This document shows, in pieces, positions 18,446-26,228 of a DNA stretch of 63,979 nucleotides (position 1 is the stretch's first letter; every line of letters starts with the position of its first letter). The stretch covers positions 5,739-69,717 of the forward strand of contig CAYWNT010000010.1 in the NCBI GenBank assembly GCA_964459725.1, given 5' to 3'. The position numbers were made by a program, and so were the translations under genes. Under the pieces are notes generated by a model. That model did not search any database. It was given only the letters and a program-made list of their open reading frames with translations, and was not told the origin of the DNA. Source of the stretch: an uncultured Gammaproteobacteria bacterium. Lineage in GTDB: Bacteria > Patescibacteriota > Patescibacteriia > Patescibacteriales > UBA12075.

Positions 18446-19084
18446 ATGTCTTATTTTAACTTGCCACCGGACCTTTATTCAGCTATTGGTTCCGAAAGAA
18501 GAGACTTTGCTGTAAAGGCAAAGCGCGCGCAACCGTTGAAACAATCATTGGGTATGATTATTTTTGGTCTTTTGTGGACTTCATTTACTAGTGTTTTTGT
18601 TTTCGTGCTTCTTGTTCCATTATTTCGTGGAGAAGAAGTTCGATTTGAGTCAAATGGCTTGCCTGCGACTGCAAGTCTTGAGAATCTAGAGCCAATCTTG
18701 GTGCCAGGTGGGATAATCGCTTTATTTTTACTTATTGGAATTGTTTTGATATTTGCAGGTTTTTATTCTGCATTTAGGAGTGGCGGCTATTTTGTGGGTA
18801 CTTCGAATAGGCTGATACATTTTCAAAACGGAAAAATAAAATCAATGGATTGGGAGCAATTTTCTGGGAATATAGAAGTGAGTGGCGACATGGAGTGGGG
18901 GAGTATCGCGCTTCAAATGAGGACAGGCAGAATGATTAGGACGAAAAATTCACCAAGCAGGTATGTGCCTGATGTTATTTATATCACAGGAATTCCAAAT
19001 GTGCAGGAGGTTGAGAGAGTCTGCAGGAAAAGAATAAAGGAAAATGATCCCACACCACCAGGGTTGCAAAATAATAATATCTAG
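18446..19084 (+). CDS. Hypothetical two-TM membrane protein
   Basis: 212 aa, two hydrophobic helices followed by a soluble C-terminal region. Confidence 0.6.
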   Translation: MSYFNLPPDLYSAIGSERRDFAVKAKRAQPLKQSLGMIIFGLLWTSFTSVFVFVLLVPLFRGEEVRFESNGLPATASLENLEPILVPGGIIALFLLIGIVLIFAGFYSAFRSGGYFVGTSNRLIHFQNGKIKSMDWEQFSGNIEVSGDMEWGSIALQMRTGRMIRTKNSPSRYVPDVIYITGIPNVQEVERVCRKRIKENDPTPPGLQNNNI

Positions 19085-19154
19085 CTGGACTCAAAATAGA
19101 TGTCTACGTAGATAAATTGGTTCTGCAAAATAAAAGAACAATCTAGTAAAAAAA

Positions 19155-19381
19155 TAAAAACCGAATCGTAATTTTACGTTTCGGTTTTTGGGTTGTGGTT
19201 AATTGCTGTTGAAGAGCTCAAAGTGGTTGGGTTGGTTATGAGCAAGTCCCAAGGAGTAAAGGAGTATCACTCATTTTGAGAGGAGTTAAAAAAGAAGCAA
19301 ATGGACAAAGTTTTTTCAAAGCTACCCCGCAGTAGTTTTATACAAATAACTCTTCAACAGCAAACTAAAATGTACAATAAT
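19155..19381 (-). ncRNA. Candidate small transcript C (about 225 nt)
   Basis: Promoter TTGACA-N17-TATTGT 19388-19416. 14-bp closing helix 19203-19216/19350-19363. Internal CUCCUU repeats. Terminator 19157-19189. Confidence 0.45.
19157..19189. terminator. Bidirectional terminator (18446..19084 and transcript C)
   Basis: AACCGAA...TTCGGTT stem with flanking A- and T-runs. Confidence 0.75.
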
Positions 19382-19387
19382 AAGTAA

Positions 19388-19416
19388 ACAATAACAATTC
19401 ATTTAAAAGTTGTCAA
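19388..19416 (-). promoter_or_regulatory. Promoter of candidate transcript C
   Basis: TTGACA-N17-TATTGT. Confidence 0.55.
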
Positions 19417-19428
19417 TGTGGCAGAAGT

Positions 19429-19740
19429 CTATTTCATTCCAAGTCCGATACCGATCAATGCATCCACAACCTTGAGTGAGTCCTTTCCGTTTTTTAATAA
19501 TGAATATTCCACCTTTGGTGGGATTTTTTTGTAGTCTTTTCTTTGAATAAACTTATTGTCTTCCAAAAGTCGAAGTGTTTGGATTAGCATTTTTTCACTA
19601 ATATCTGGAATTTCTTTTTTTAGTTCTCCGTATCTTTTCGCTTTTTGAAGAGAAAACAGGATTATTAAGGCCCATTTTCCACCAATGATTTTTAGGGACT
19701 TTCTAATGGGGCAACCTTTGACTCGAATTGTTTTAGTCAT
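19429..19740 (-). CDS. HxlR-family winged-helix transcriptional regulator
   Basis: 103 aa; CPIRKSLKIIGGKWALIIL...EYSLLKNG pattern. Confidence 0.85.
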   Translation of the reverse strand: MTKTIRVKGCPIRKSLKIIGGKWALIILFSLQKAKRYGELKKEIPDISEKMLIQTLRLLEDNKFIQRKDYKKIPPKVEYSLLKNGKDSLKVVDALIGIGLGMK

Positions 19741-19752
19741 GTGTTTAAAATT

Positions 19753-19772
19753 TACTTACCTTTAGGTAGGTA
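19753..19772. promoter_or_regulatory. Imperfect palindrome, candidate HxlR operator
   Basis: TACTTACCT-TT-AGGTAGGTA (one mismatch) between the divergent hxlR-like and MBL genes, abutting the -35 of the MBL promoter. Confidence 0.5.
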
Positions 19773-19773
19773 C

Positions 19774-19802
19774 TTGACTATAGTATAGCATGAGATTATA
19801 AT
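19774..19802 (+). promoter_or_regulatory. MBL-hydrolase promoter
   Basis: TTGACT-N17-TATAAT. Confidence 0.75.
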
Positions 19803-19810
19803 TATTGCAA
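19782..19810 (-). promoter_or_regulatory. hxlR-like gene promoter (overlaps the divergent promoter)
   Basis: TTGCAA-N17-TATACT. Confidence 0.65.
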
Positions 19811-19856
19811 GAGTTGTTACTTGAATACAATTTATTAATTATTAAAAGAAAAAATT

Positions 19857-20801
19857 ATGAGAAAGTTTAGTAGTAAAAAATTACTTTTTTTGAGTCTTTT
19901 GTTGGTGGTTATATTCGCAACAGGATGCTCAATTAGTTCAATCACAAAAAAACAAACAGAAAATGAAACACAAAAAGAAACACAAATTATTAAAGAAATC
20001 ACGCCTCAAAAGGTAAGTGAAAAAATTTCATTTATAACGATAGGAGATCATAAAGTTCATTCATTTTTTGATATATCGAATTCACACATTATAGAAACAC
20101 CGAAAAGACTAATACTGGTAGACGCTCAGTTCAACTTTAACGCTGCACAGGAGCTAAAAGATTATATTGAGAATCTTAATAAGCCACTTGAGAAAATAAT
20201 TCTTAGTCACGCTCATCCTGATCACTGGTTTGGCGCTGAAGTTTTTGAGGAGATACCTGTTGTAACCTCAAAAAAGATTGCGTCTGACTTATCTAAAATG
20301 GGGCAAACATATATTGATGGATTGAAGCCGGTGTTGGGTGAAATAATTCCTGATAGTGTTATTGCTGTTCGTGATGATGTAGTGCTTGGAAGTCAAGATT
20401 TGGATGGTTTAAATATCGTTATAGAGGAATATGCTGACCAGGAAGCTCCTCACTCATTGGCTATAAAAATCCCAGAATATGGAGTATTCATCGGCCAGGA
20501 TTTGTTTTACCATGATACGCATTTGGTTGCCCCAAATAGAGATGGAAATAAAAACTGGGCAAAGTTGCTTGAAGGCTTTAACAAAAAAGAAGCAGGGGAG
20601 TACAAAACCATCCTGACAGGACATGGCCCAAATACTAACCCCGGAGTTTTTAAAGAAGATATCGAATACTTGGAAGTCCTTGAGTCTATCCTGGAGTCTG
20701 GTGCCAGCAAAGAGGAGGTGAAGGAGCAGCTTCTTGAAAAATTCCCTGATAAAAAAGGAGAGAATTTTATTGATATAACGCTTAGATATCTCTTTGGTTA
20801 G
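19857..20801 (+). CDS. MBL-fold metallo-hydrolase lipoprotein
   Basis: 314 aa; lipobox ATGC; HAHPDHWFG zinc motif; divergent from hxlR-like gene. Confidence 0.85.
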   Translation: MRKFSSKKLLFLSLLLVVIFATGCSISSITKKQTENETQKETQIIKEITPQKVSEKISFITIGDHKVHSFFDISNSHIIETPKRLILVDAQFNFNAAQELKDYIENLNKPLEKIILSHAHPDHWFGAEVFEEIPVVTSKKIASDLSKMGQTYIDGLKPVLGEIIPDSVIAVRDDVVLGSQDLDGLNIVIEEYADQEAPHSLAIKIPEYGVFIGQDLFYHDTHLVAPNRDGNKNWAKLLEGFNKKEAGEYKTILTGHGPNTNPGVFKEDIEYLEVLESILESGASKEEVKEQLLEKFPDKKGENFIDITLRYLFG

Positions 20802-20834
20802 AATAAAAATATAAAGTTGTTTAGATAAATAAAT

Positions 20835-20869
20835 AAGCCGCGCGAATAAAAATTCACGCGGCTTTTTGT
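20835..20869. terminator. Bidirectional terminator
   Basis: AAGCCGCG...CGCGGCTT + TTTTG. Confidence 0.75.
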
Positions 20870-20886
20870 TTGAGAGTTTTTGTCTC

Positions 20887-21462
20887 TTAACTTTTTTTTC
20901 TAAAAGGGACAATCCCACATATGCCAGCAGAAATTAGAATTACAGAGACTGGCTCTGGAACAGCTGATGTGCTTCGGACAGCGAGTATTAGGTACTCTTC
21001 TTCTACATCAACAACGCTCTGCCTCCCATCTGTCATGCCGAAGGCCCAAGCTGTGTTATTTGGTGCTACATCGCTGTACCAATAGAGATCTTCATCTAGA
21101 TTTTGAAACGGATCTATGTTTATTAGTCCGCCATCCTCTTGAAATGCTCCATCTTGGTACACCCCGATGTTCCCGAGGCTTGAGTAGTATAGGTCACTCA
21201 ACTCTCCGTTGTCGGGGAAAAATCCTGATTGGACAGACTCACTAATACTAGGGAGTCGCCAATCTGAATAACCACCATGTCCGAGAGTTTCCACATATGT
21301 CATAGCATCAGACCATGTCATAGCATCATGCTCCATATCAAGCCACATGAGCCCGAGGCCAGTGTCATGAATCATGCCATCACCTAGATCAATCAGGTCA
21401 GCACTAGCTGTATTTACAGCTAGAAATGCAGTCATAAAAAATACCAACAAAACTCTTTTCAT
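20887..21462 (-). CDS. Secreted DUF1566 (Lcl C-terminal)-like protein with PEP-CTERM-like tail
   Basis: 191 aa; signal peptide; GLMWL...GGYSDWRLPS motif; C-terminal VPEP + hydrophobic helix + RKKS. Confidence 0.65.
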   Translation of the reverse strand: MKRVLLVFFMTAFLAVNTASADLIDLGDGMIHDTGLGLMWLDMEHDAMTWSDAMTYVETLGHGGYSDWRLPSISESVQSGFFPDNGELSDLYYSSLGNIGVYQDGAFQEDGGLINIDPFQNLDEDLYWYSDVAPNNTAWAFGMTDGRQSVVDVEEEYLILAVRSTSAVPEPVSVILISAGICGIVPFRKKS

Positions 21463-21527
21463 CTTTTCCTCCTCTGAATTATTTCTTATTTGAATTATTT
21501 CTTAGAAAAACAAAAGAACGTGATAGT

Positions 21528-21556
21528 ATTATATGTTAGTTTTTATTTTTTTGCAA
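21528..21556 (-). promoter_or_regulatory. Promoter of the DUF1566/PEP-CTERM-like gene
   Basis: TTGCAA-N17-TATAAT. Confidence 0.7.
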
Positions 21557-21574
21557 TTTTCTCAAGGTGATTTT

Positions 21575-21605
21575 AAAAAAAGCTGCCAATCAAAGATTGG
21601 CAGCT
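21575..21605 (-). terminator. Terminator of 21626..21898
   Basis: AGCTGCCAAT...ATTGGCAGCT + T-run on the minus strand. Confidence 0.8.
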
Positions 21606-21625
21606 AGCTTCTTCTTGAGAAGGAG

Positions 21626-21898
21626 TTATGCTTTTTTGTACAATGGGGAAGTGTGGGAACACGCATCACATTTTCTTATTCTATTGGGCGCACCGTCTTT
21701 ATATTTTGCAATGCTTTTTGTGTATGTTTGCCATGATTGACAGCTGACACATCTTTTAGAATGTCGACTAATGCCTAAAATGACTATACAAAAAGAAATC
21801 ATATATCCCCAAAAATCATGTCCATTATAAACCATCAAAACTCCAAATAAAAAAGCAATCGAGACAACTATAAGTAGTTTTATATATGAAGCCTTCAT
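21626..21898 (-). CDS. Small membrane protein with CxxC...CxxC tail
   Basis: 90 aa; two TM helices; terminator downstream. Confidence 0.5.
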   Translation of the reverse strand: MKASYIKLLIVVSIAFLFGVLMVYNGHDFWGYMISFCIVILGISRHSKRCVSCQSWQTYTKSIAKYKDGAPNRIRKCDACSHTSPLYKKA

Positions 21899-22002
21899 TA
21901 TTGCCTCCTATGATGTTTAATGATTTTATACACATTAGTGGTAAATGTTTTATAACGTAATTGCCTGCAAAAGTCAAGACAGAGACAAAAATTGAAATTA
22001 AT

Positions 22003-23019
22003 TTATTCAATAATATCCAAACAATTTCCACATTGCGGGCAGTAGCCTTTGTTGTCCAGTCTTTTTATGTTATATCCCATACGTTGGATGGCTAGTTCAT
22101 TACAAGAGGGGCAGTATGTATTTTCTTTTTGATCTCCAGGGATATTGCCCACATAGACATACTTTAAACCCGCTTCTTTGCCGAGATTGTAAGCTGAGTG
22201 AATAATACTTTCACTTGTTTCATGTAGGTTTTCAAGTTTCCACGAAATTTGAGGGGAGAATTTTGAGATGTGCCAGGGGGTTTCTGAGTCAAGTTCTGAT
22301 GATATGAATTCAGCGATTTTGGCTAGCATGTTTAGACCGTCGGACAATGTCGGTATTATCAGAGTGGTAACTTCCAGATGAATCTGCTCTCTTTTTATTG
22401 TCTTGAGATTATTTAAAACAGGCTCTAGTCTGGCTCCACAATTATCTTTGTAAAAATCATCATCCATAGATTTCAGGTCTATATTTATAGCGTCCAGATA
22501 GGGAAGGACTGCCTCTAGGCACTTGTCGCTCATAAATCCATTGGATACCCACACGTTTTTTATTTCATTTTCATGCGCCAGCTTCATGATGTCCAAAGCA
22601 TACTCAGTAAAAATAGTTGGCTCGTTGTAAGTGTAAGAGATAGATTCACAATCATTTGCCAGTGCTTCACTAATTATCCTCTCGGGGGACATAAATGGAA
22701 TGTTTTTTGTAGTAAGTTCGATATTTTCTTTTTGGCTTATATCCCAGTTTTGGCAATTCTTGCATCGAAAATTACAACCAAGAGTGCCCAAAGAATAGGT
22801 GTTAGTCCCTGGTAAAAAGTGAAATAATGGCTTTTTTTCGATCGGGTCAATGTTTAGGGCGATTGGATATCCATAGACAGAAGAATAAAGCTTTCCTGAT
22901 TTATTTATCCTGGCACGACAAAAGCCAACCTCATTTTTTCTTATTGTGCAAAAATGACTACAAAGAAGACATTGCACGTCGTTATCGTTTAGTTTGTTAT
23001 AATATTTTGCCTCTTGCAT
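22003..23019 (-). CDS. AmmeMemoRadiSam-type radical SAM enzyme
   Basis: 338 aa; GCNFRCKNCQNW cluster motif; N-terminal Cys-rich region typical of this family; extra C-terminal zinc ribbon. Confidence 0.8.
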   Translation of the reverse strand: MQEAKYYNKLNDNDVQCLLCSHFCTIRKNEVGFCRARINKSGKLYSSVYGYPIALNIDPIEKKPLFHFLPGTNTYSLGTLGCNFRCKNCQNWDISQKENIELTTKNIPFMSPERIISEALANDCESISYTYNEPTIFTEYALDIMKLAHENEIKNVWVSNGFMSDKCLEAVLPYLDAINIDLKSMDDDFYKDNCGARLEPVLNNLKTIKREQIHLEVTTLIIPTLSDGLNMLAKIAEFISSELDSETPWHISKFSPQISWKLENLHETSESIIHSAYNLGKEAGLKYVYVGNIPGDQKENTYCPSCNELAIQRMGYNIKRLDNKGYCPQCGNCLDIIE

Positions 23020-23064
23020 AATATTTATTTTATAGTAAATTTATGGTAATATAATAACATAAAT

Positions 23065-24303
23065 ATGAGAGAAGTAAATATACTCGGTGTTAAAATAGAT
23101 AATCTAAAGGAGGGTGTTATTCTGAAAAAAATAAGGCTTTTTTTGGATGGAAATGAACCTAAATTTTGCACAACCCCTAATCCTGAGATTATTCTAACTG
23201 CAGAATCAGATGAGGAGATGTATTATATTTTAAATAGTTCTGATTTAAGCATTGCCGATGGAGTCGGTCTGAAATTGGCCGGTTTTTTTCTTGGAAAAAA
23301 TATAAAGATATACCCTGGGGCAGACCTGACAGAGAAACTATTAACCTTGGCAGAAAAGAGAAAGTTGCAAGTGTGTATTATAAATAGAGCTGATGGTTTA
23401 TCGTCTAAGTCAGATATCAGAAAGGCACTTAATAAGAAATATGAAAATTTGAAATTCGATGTTGTGGATACAGACATTGCCAGCTTGGCAAGCTCATCAA
23501 GGTGGACGATGCAGCACCTCAGCGAGGGCGAAAACAGGAAACTCGAAAGAGCTGATATTTTATTTTGCACACTTGGCGCGCCCTTACAGGAAAAAGTTAT
23601 TTTCTATACGTGCAAAAGATTGCCTAAGTTGAAATTGGCAATTGGGGTTGGTGGCTCTTTTGATTTTCTTACCGGCAGAACTACTCGAGCTCCAAAGGTT
23701 TTTCGCCTTATTGGTATGGAGTGGCTATGGAGACTCTTGATCCAGCCAACCAAAAGAGCTCGTAGAATATTCAACGCTGTATTTGTTTTTCCTATAAAAT
23801 TTTTTAAATATACTTTTTTGAACAAGTATTTTTATAGACCAAATGCGGCATGCATGTTGTACAAGAGAGTTTCTGGGAAGGTCCACGTGATGCTTGTAAA
23901 TAGAAATGAAAACAATGATCACTGGCAACTTCCCCAGGGCGGCAGAGATGGAAGGTCTGTAGAGAGGACGGGTCGAGCAGAACTAGCAGAAGAGCTTGGG
24001 GTCGGCAAATTTGAGACTCGCGGAATTGTAAAAAATGTTTATAGATACAAATATGGCACCAGAAATGGACGAACGATAAACAGGGGACACAGGGTTGTAA
24101 AGAGAAGGGGATACAAGGGGCAGAAGCAAGATTTATATATTGCTGAGTTTATGGGGGAGGATAAGGATGTTAGGATTAATCCTTGGGAGCATAATCAATG
24201 GAAGTGGGCTGATCTCGACAATCTAGTCTCCGAAGTTCACCCAATTAGAAAAGATGGTATAAAACATTTTATAGAAAAATTTAGAACAATTATTGACAAA
24301 TAG
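23065..24303 (+). CDS. WecG/TagA/CpsF-family glycosyltransferase fused to a C-terminal NUDIX hydrolase
   Basis: 412 aa; ILGVKID start typical of TagA; Nudix box GGRDGRSVERTGRAELAEELGV. Confidence 0.8.
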   Translation: MREVNILGVKIDNLKEGVILKKIRLFLDGNEPKFCTTPNPEIILTAESDEEMYYILNSSDLSIADGVGLKLAGFFLGKNIKIYPGADLTEKLLTLAEKRKLQVCIINRADGLSSKSDIRKALNKKYENLKFDVVDTDIASLASSSRWTMQHLSEGENRKLERADILFCTLGAPLQEKVIFYTCKRLPKLKLAIGVGGSFDFLTGRTTRAPKVFRLIGMEWLWRLLIQPTKRARRIFNAVFVFPIKFFKYTFLNKYFYRPNAACMLYKRVSGKVHVMLVNRNENNDHWQLPQGGRDGRSVERTGRAELAEELGVGKFETRGIVKNVYRYKYGTRNGRTINRGHRVVKRRGYKGQKQDLYIAEFMGEDKDVRINPWEHNQWKWADLDNLVSEVHPIRKDGIKHFIEKFRTIIDK

Positions 24304-24352
24304 CTATTTTGGCTTTAAAATTAACTTATTAAAAGAAAAATTAAATATTTTT

Positions 24353-25876
24353 ATGAAAAAATTTAGAACTCGTTTCGCTCCTTCTCCTACAGGGTTTTTA
24401 CATATTGGCAGTTTAAGAACTGTCCTTTTTGCTTTTTTGGCAGCCAAGTCAAATGACGGTGATCTCATTCTCAGGATTGAGGACACAGACCAGAAAAGAC
24501 AAGTGGAGGGCGCAGTTGAATCTCTTACTGAGATACTAGACTGGATTGGCATCCACTTTGATGAAGGTCCGGGAGCTATCGAGGGGGCAGACTCTGATAT
24601 CGGTAGTCACGGTCCGTACACTCAGAGCCAGAGAAGAGATATTTATGATAAACACAAGGAAGAGCTTTTGAAAAACGACAAGGCGTATCGTTGCTTTTGC
24701 ACACCTGAGCGTCTTACAGAAATGCGCGAAGATCAACAAGCGAAGAAACTACCACCGCGTTATGATCGAAAATGTCGAGACTTAACCGAGGAGGAGATTG
24801 ATAAAAGAATCGAGGCAGGGGAGAGCTATGTGATAAGGCAAAAAATGCCAGAAAGCGGCGAAGTAAAGGTGTTGGATGAGCTTCGTGGAGAAATATTATT
24901 TAAGGCTGAGGAAATCGATGATCAGGTTCTTATCAAGTCAGATGGAATGCCAACATATCAGTTCGCAGTGGTTGTAGATGACCACCTCATGGAGATATCG
25001 CACGTAATCAGAGGAGAAGAGTGGATACCAAGTTTCCCAAAGAATATTTTGTTGTACCAAGCTTTTGACTGGGAGCCGCCAAAATTCGTACACATGCCAC
25101 TGACTCTAAACAAGGAAGGCGGAAAGCTTAGTAAGAGACAAGGTGATGTTGCAGTTGAGGATTATAAGGCAAAAGGATATCTAAAAGAAGCTTTGATTAA
25201 TTTTTCGGCCCTCTTAGGTTGGTCTCCATACGGCAAAGAAACTGAAGCTGAAAAACTAAATGAAAAAAATCTAGAAATTCTTTCAATGGAAGATTTGATA
25301 AAGAAGTTTAGTTACAAAGAAATGGGAATAAGTCCAGCTGTATTTGATGTAGAAAAACTTGATTTTATTAATGGCTATTGGATCAGACAAAAGCCACTCG
25401 AAGAACTGGTAGGGTTATGTAGGCCGTATTTGGCAGAAAATCTAGAAACATCATCTAATAATAGCAAAAAATCAGATGAATTCATTACGTCTGTGGTGAG
25501 AGTTGAGCAAGAAAGACTAAAAAAGCTATCAGAAATAGGGGAGTTGACAAAATTTCTTTTTTCTGACAATATTGATATTGATCTTGAATTAATTCCTTGG
25601 AAAAAAATAACTCTAGAGGAGTCAATTGAAAATCTAAAAAAAATATCCGTACTATTGGACAAAATTCCAGAGGAAAATTGGACTGATGACTCAATAGAGG
25701 AGGGGATTATTTCCTATCTGAAATCAAATGAATTAAAAATAGGAGAGTATTTATGGCCTATGCGAGTGGCCTTGTCTGGTAAAAAGGCAAGTCCTGGACC
25801 GTTTGAAATCGCTCAAGTTTTAGGCAAAAAAGAAACACTAGAGAGAATATCGCACGCTGTTAACGAGGCAAAGTAA
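24353..25876 (+). CDS. gltX: Glutamyl-tRNA synthetase
   Basis: RFAPSPTGFLHIGSLRT (HIGH) and KLSKR motifs; start moved to the ATG at 24353. Confidence 0.95.
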   Translation: MKKFRTRFAPSPTGFLHIGSLRTVLFAFLAAKSNDGDLILRIEDTDQKRQVEGAVESLTEILDWIGIHFDEGPGAIEGADSDIGSHGPYTQSQRRDIYDKHKEELLKNDKAYRCFCTPERLTEMREDQQAKKLPPRYDRKCRDLTEEEIDKRIEAGESYVIRQKMPESGEVKVLDELRGEILFKAEEIDDQVLIKSDGMPTYQFAVVVDDHLMEISHVIRGEEWIPSFPKNILLYQAFDWEPPKFVHMPLTLNKEGGKLSKRQGDVAVEDYKAKGYLKEALINFSALLGWSPYGKETEAEKLNEKNLEILSMEDLIKKFSYKEMGISPAVFDVEKLDFINGYWIRQKPLEELVGLCRPYLAENLETSSNNSKKSDEFITSVVRVEQERLKKLSEIGELTKFLFSDNIDIDLELIPWKKITLEESIENLKKISVLLDKIPEENWTDDSIEEGIISYLKSNELKIGEYLWPMRVALSGKKASPGPFEIAQVLGKKETLERISHAVNEAK

Positions 25877-25891
25877 AAGGGAGGCGGTATA

Positions 25892-26083
25892 ATGTATGCT
25901 CTGTTCAGGTTTGATGAAGATGAAATTTCAATAGAGGAGTTAGCAGAACGGTTGAACATAAAATGCGAAGGAACACTTCTGTATGAAGGTGATTATCCTG
26001 TTGATGCTTCCGGCGGGTTAGTAGCGTTCAATGATCCTGAAATTATAAAAAAAGCAAAAGAAATCGGCCTTGAAGAGGCATAA
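25892..26083 (+). CDS. Small hypothetical protein
   Basis: 63 aa; GGGAGG SD upstream; terminator downstream. Confidence 0.55.
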   Translation: MYALFRFDEDEISIEELAERLNIKCEGTLLYEGDYPVDASGGLVAFNDPEIIKKAKEIGLEEA

Positions 26084-26109
26084 ATATTTCATTTAGAATG
26101 TCCTTATAA

Positions 26110-26149
26110 AAAGGCGCTTAGAAACAATTCTGGCGCCTTTATTTTTTTT
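26110..26149 (+). terminator. gltX-operon terminator
   Basis: AAAGGCGC...GCGCCTTT + T8. Confidence 0.8.
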
Positions 26150-26193
26150 GAAAATAGGATTAGGTGAATAATTGACATTGTGATATATGTTAA

Positions 26194-26222
26194 TTGAGCA
26201 TTAAGGAGAAATATGCTATAAT
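26194..26222 (+). promoter_or_regulatory. M23 peptidase promoter, leaderless configuration
   Basis: TTGAGC-N17-(TGC)TATAAT, with the ATG 6 nt after the -10 box. Confidence 0.6.
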
Positions 26223-26228
26223 AGAGTT

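Noticed and set aside
19155-19381. Candidate transcript C as 6S RNA, SRP RNA or a CsrB-like GGA sponge
   Set aside because: Beyond the 14-bp closing helix, the 5' and 3' halves do not pair into the extended 6S-type rod. No GGAA-tetraloop/AGCAGC SRP domain IV motif is present. The GGA-rich reading applies only to the plus strand, which lacks a promoter.
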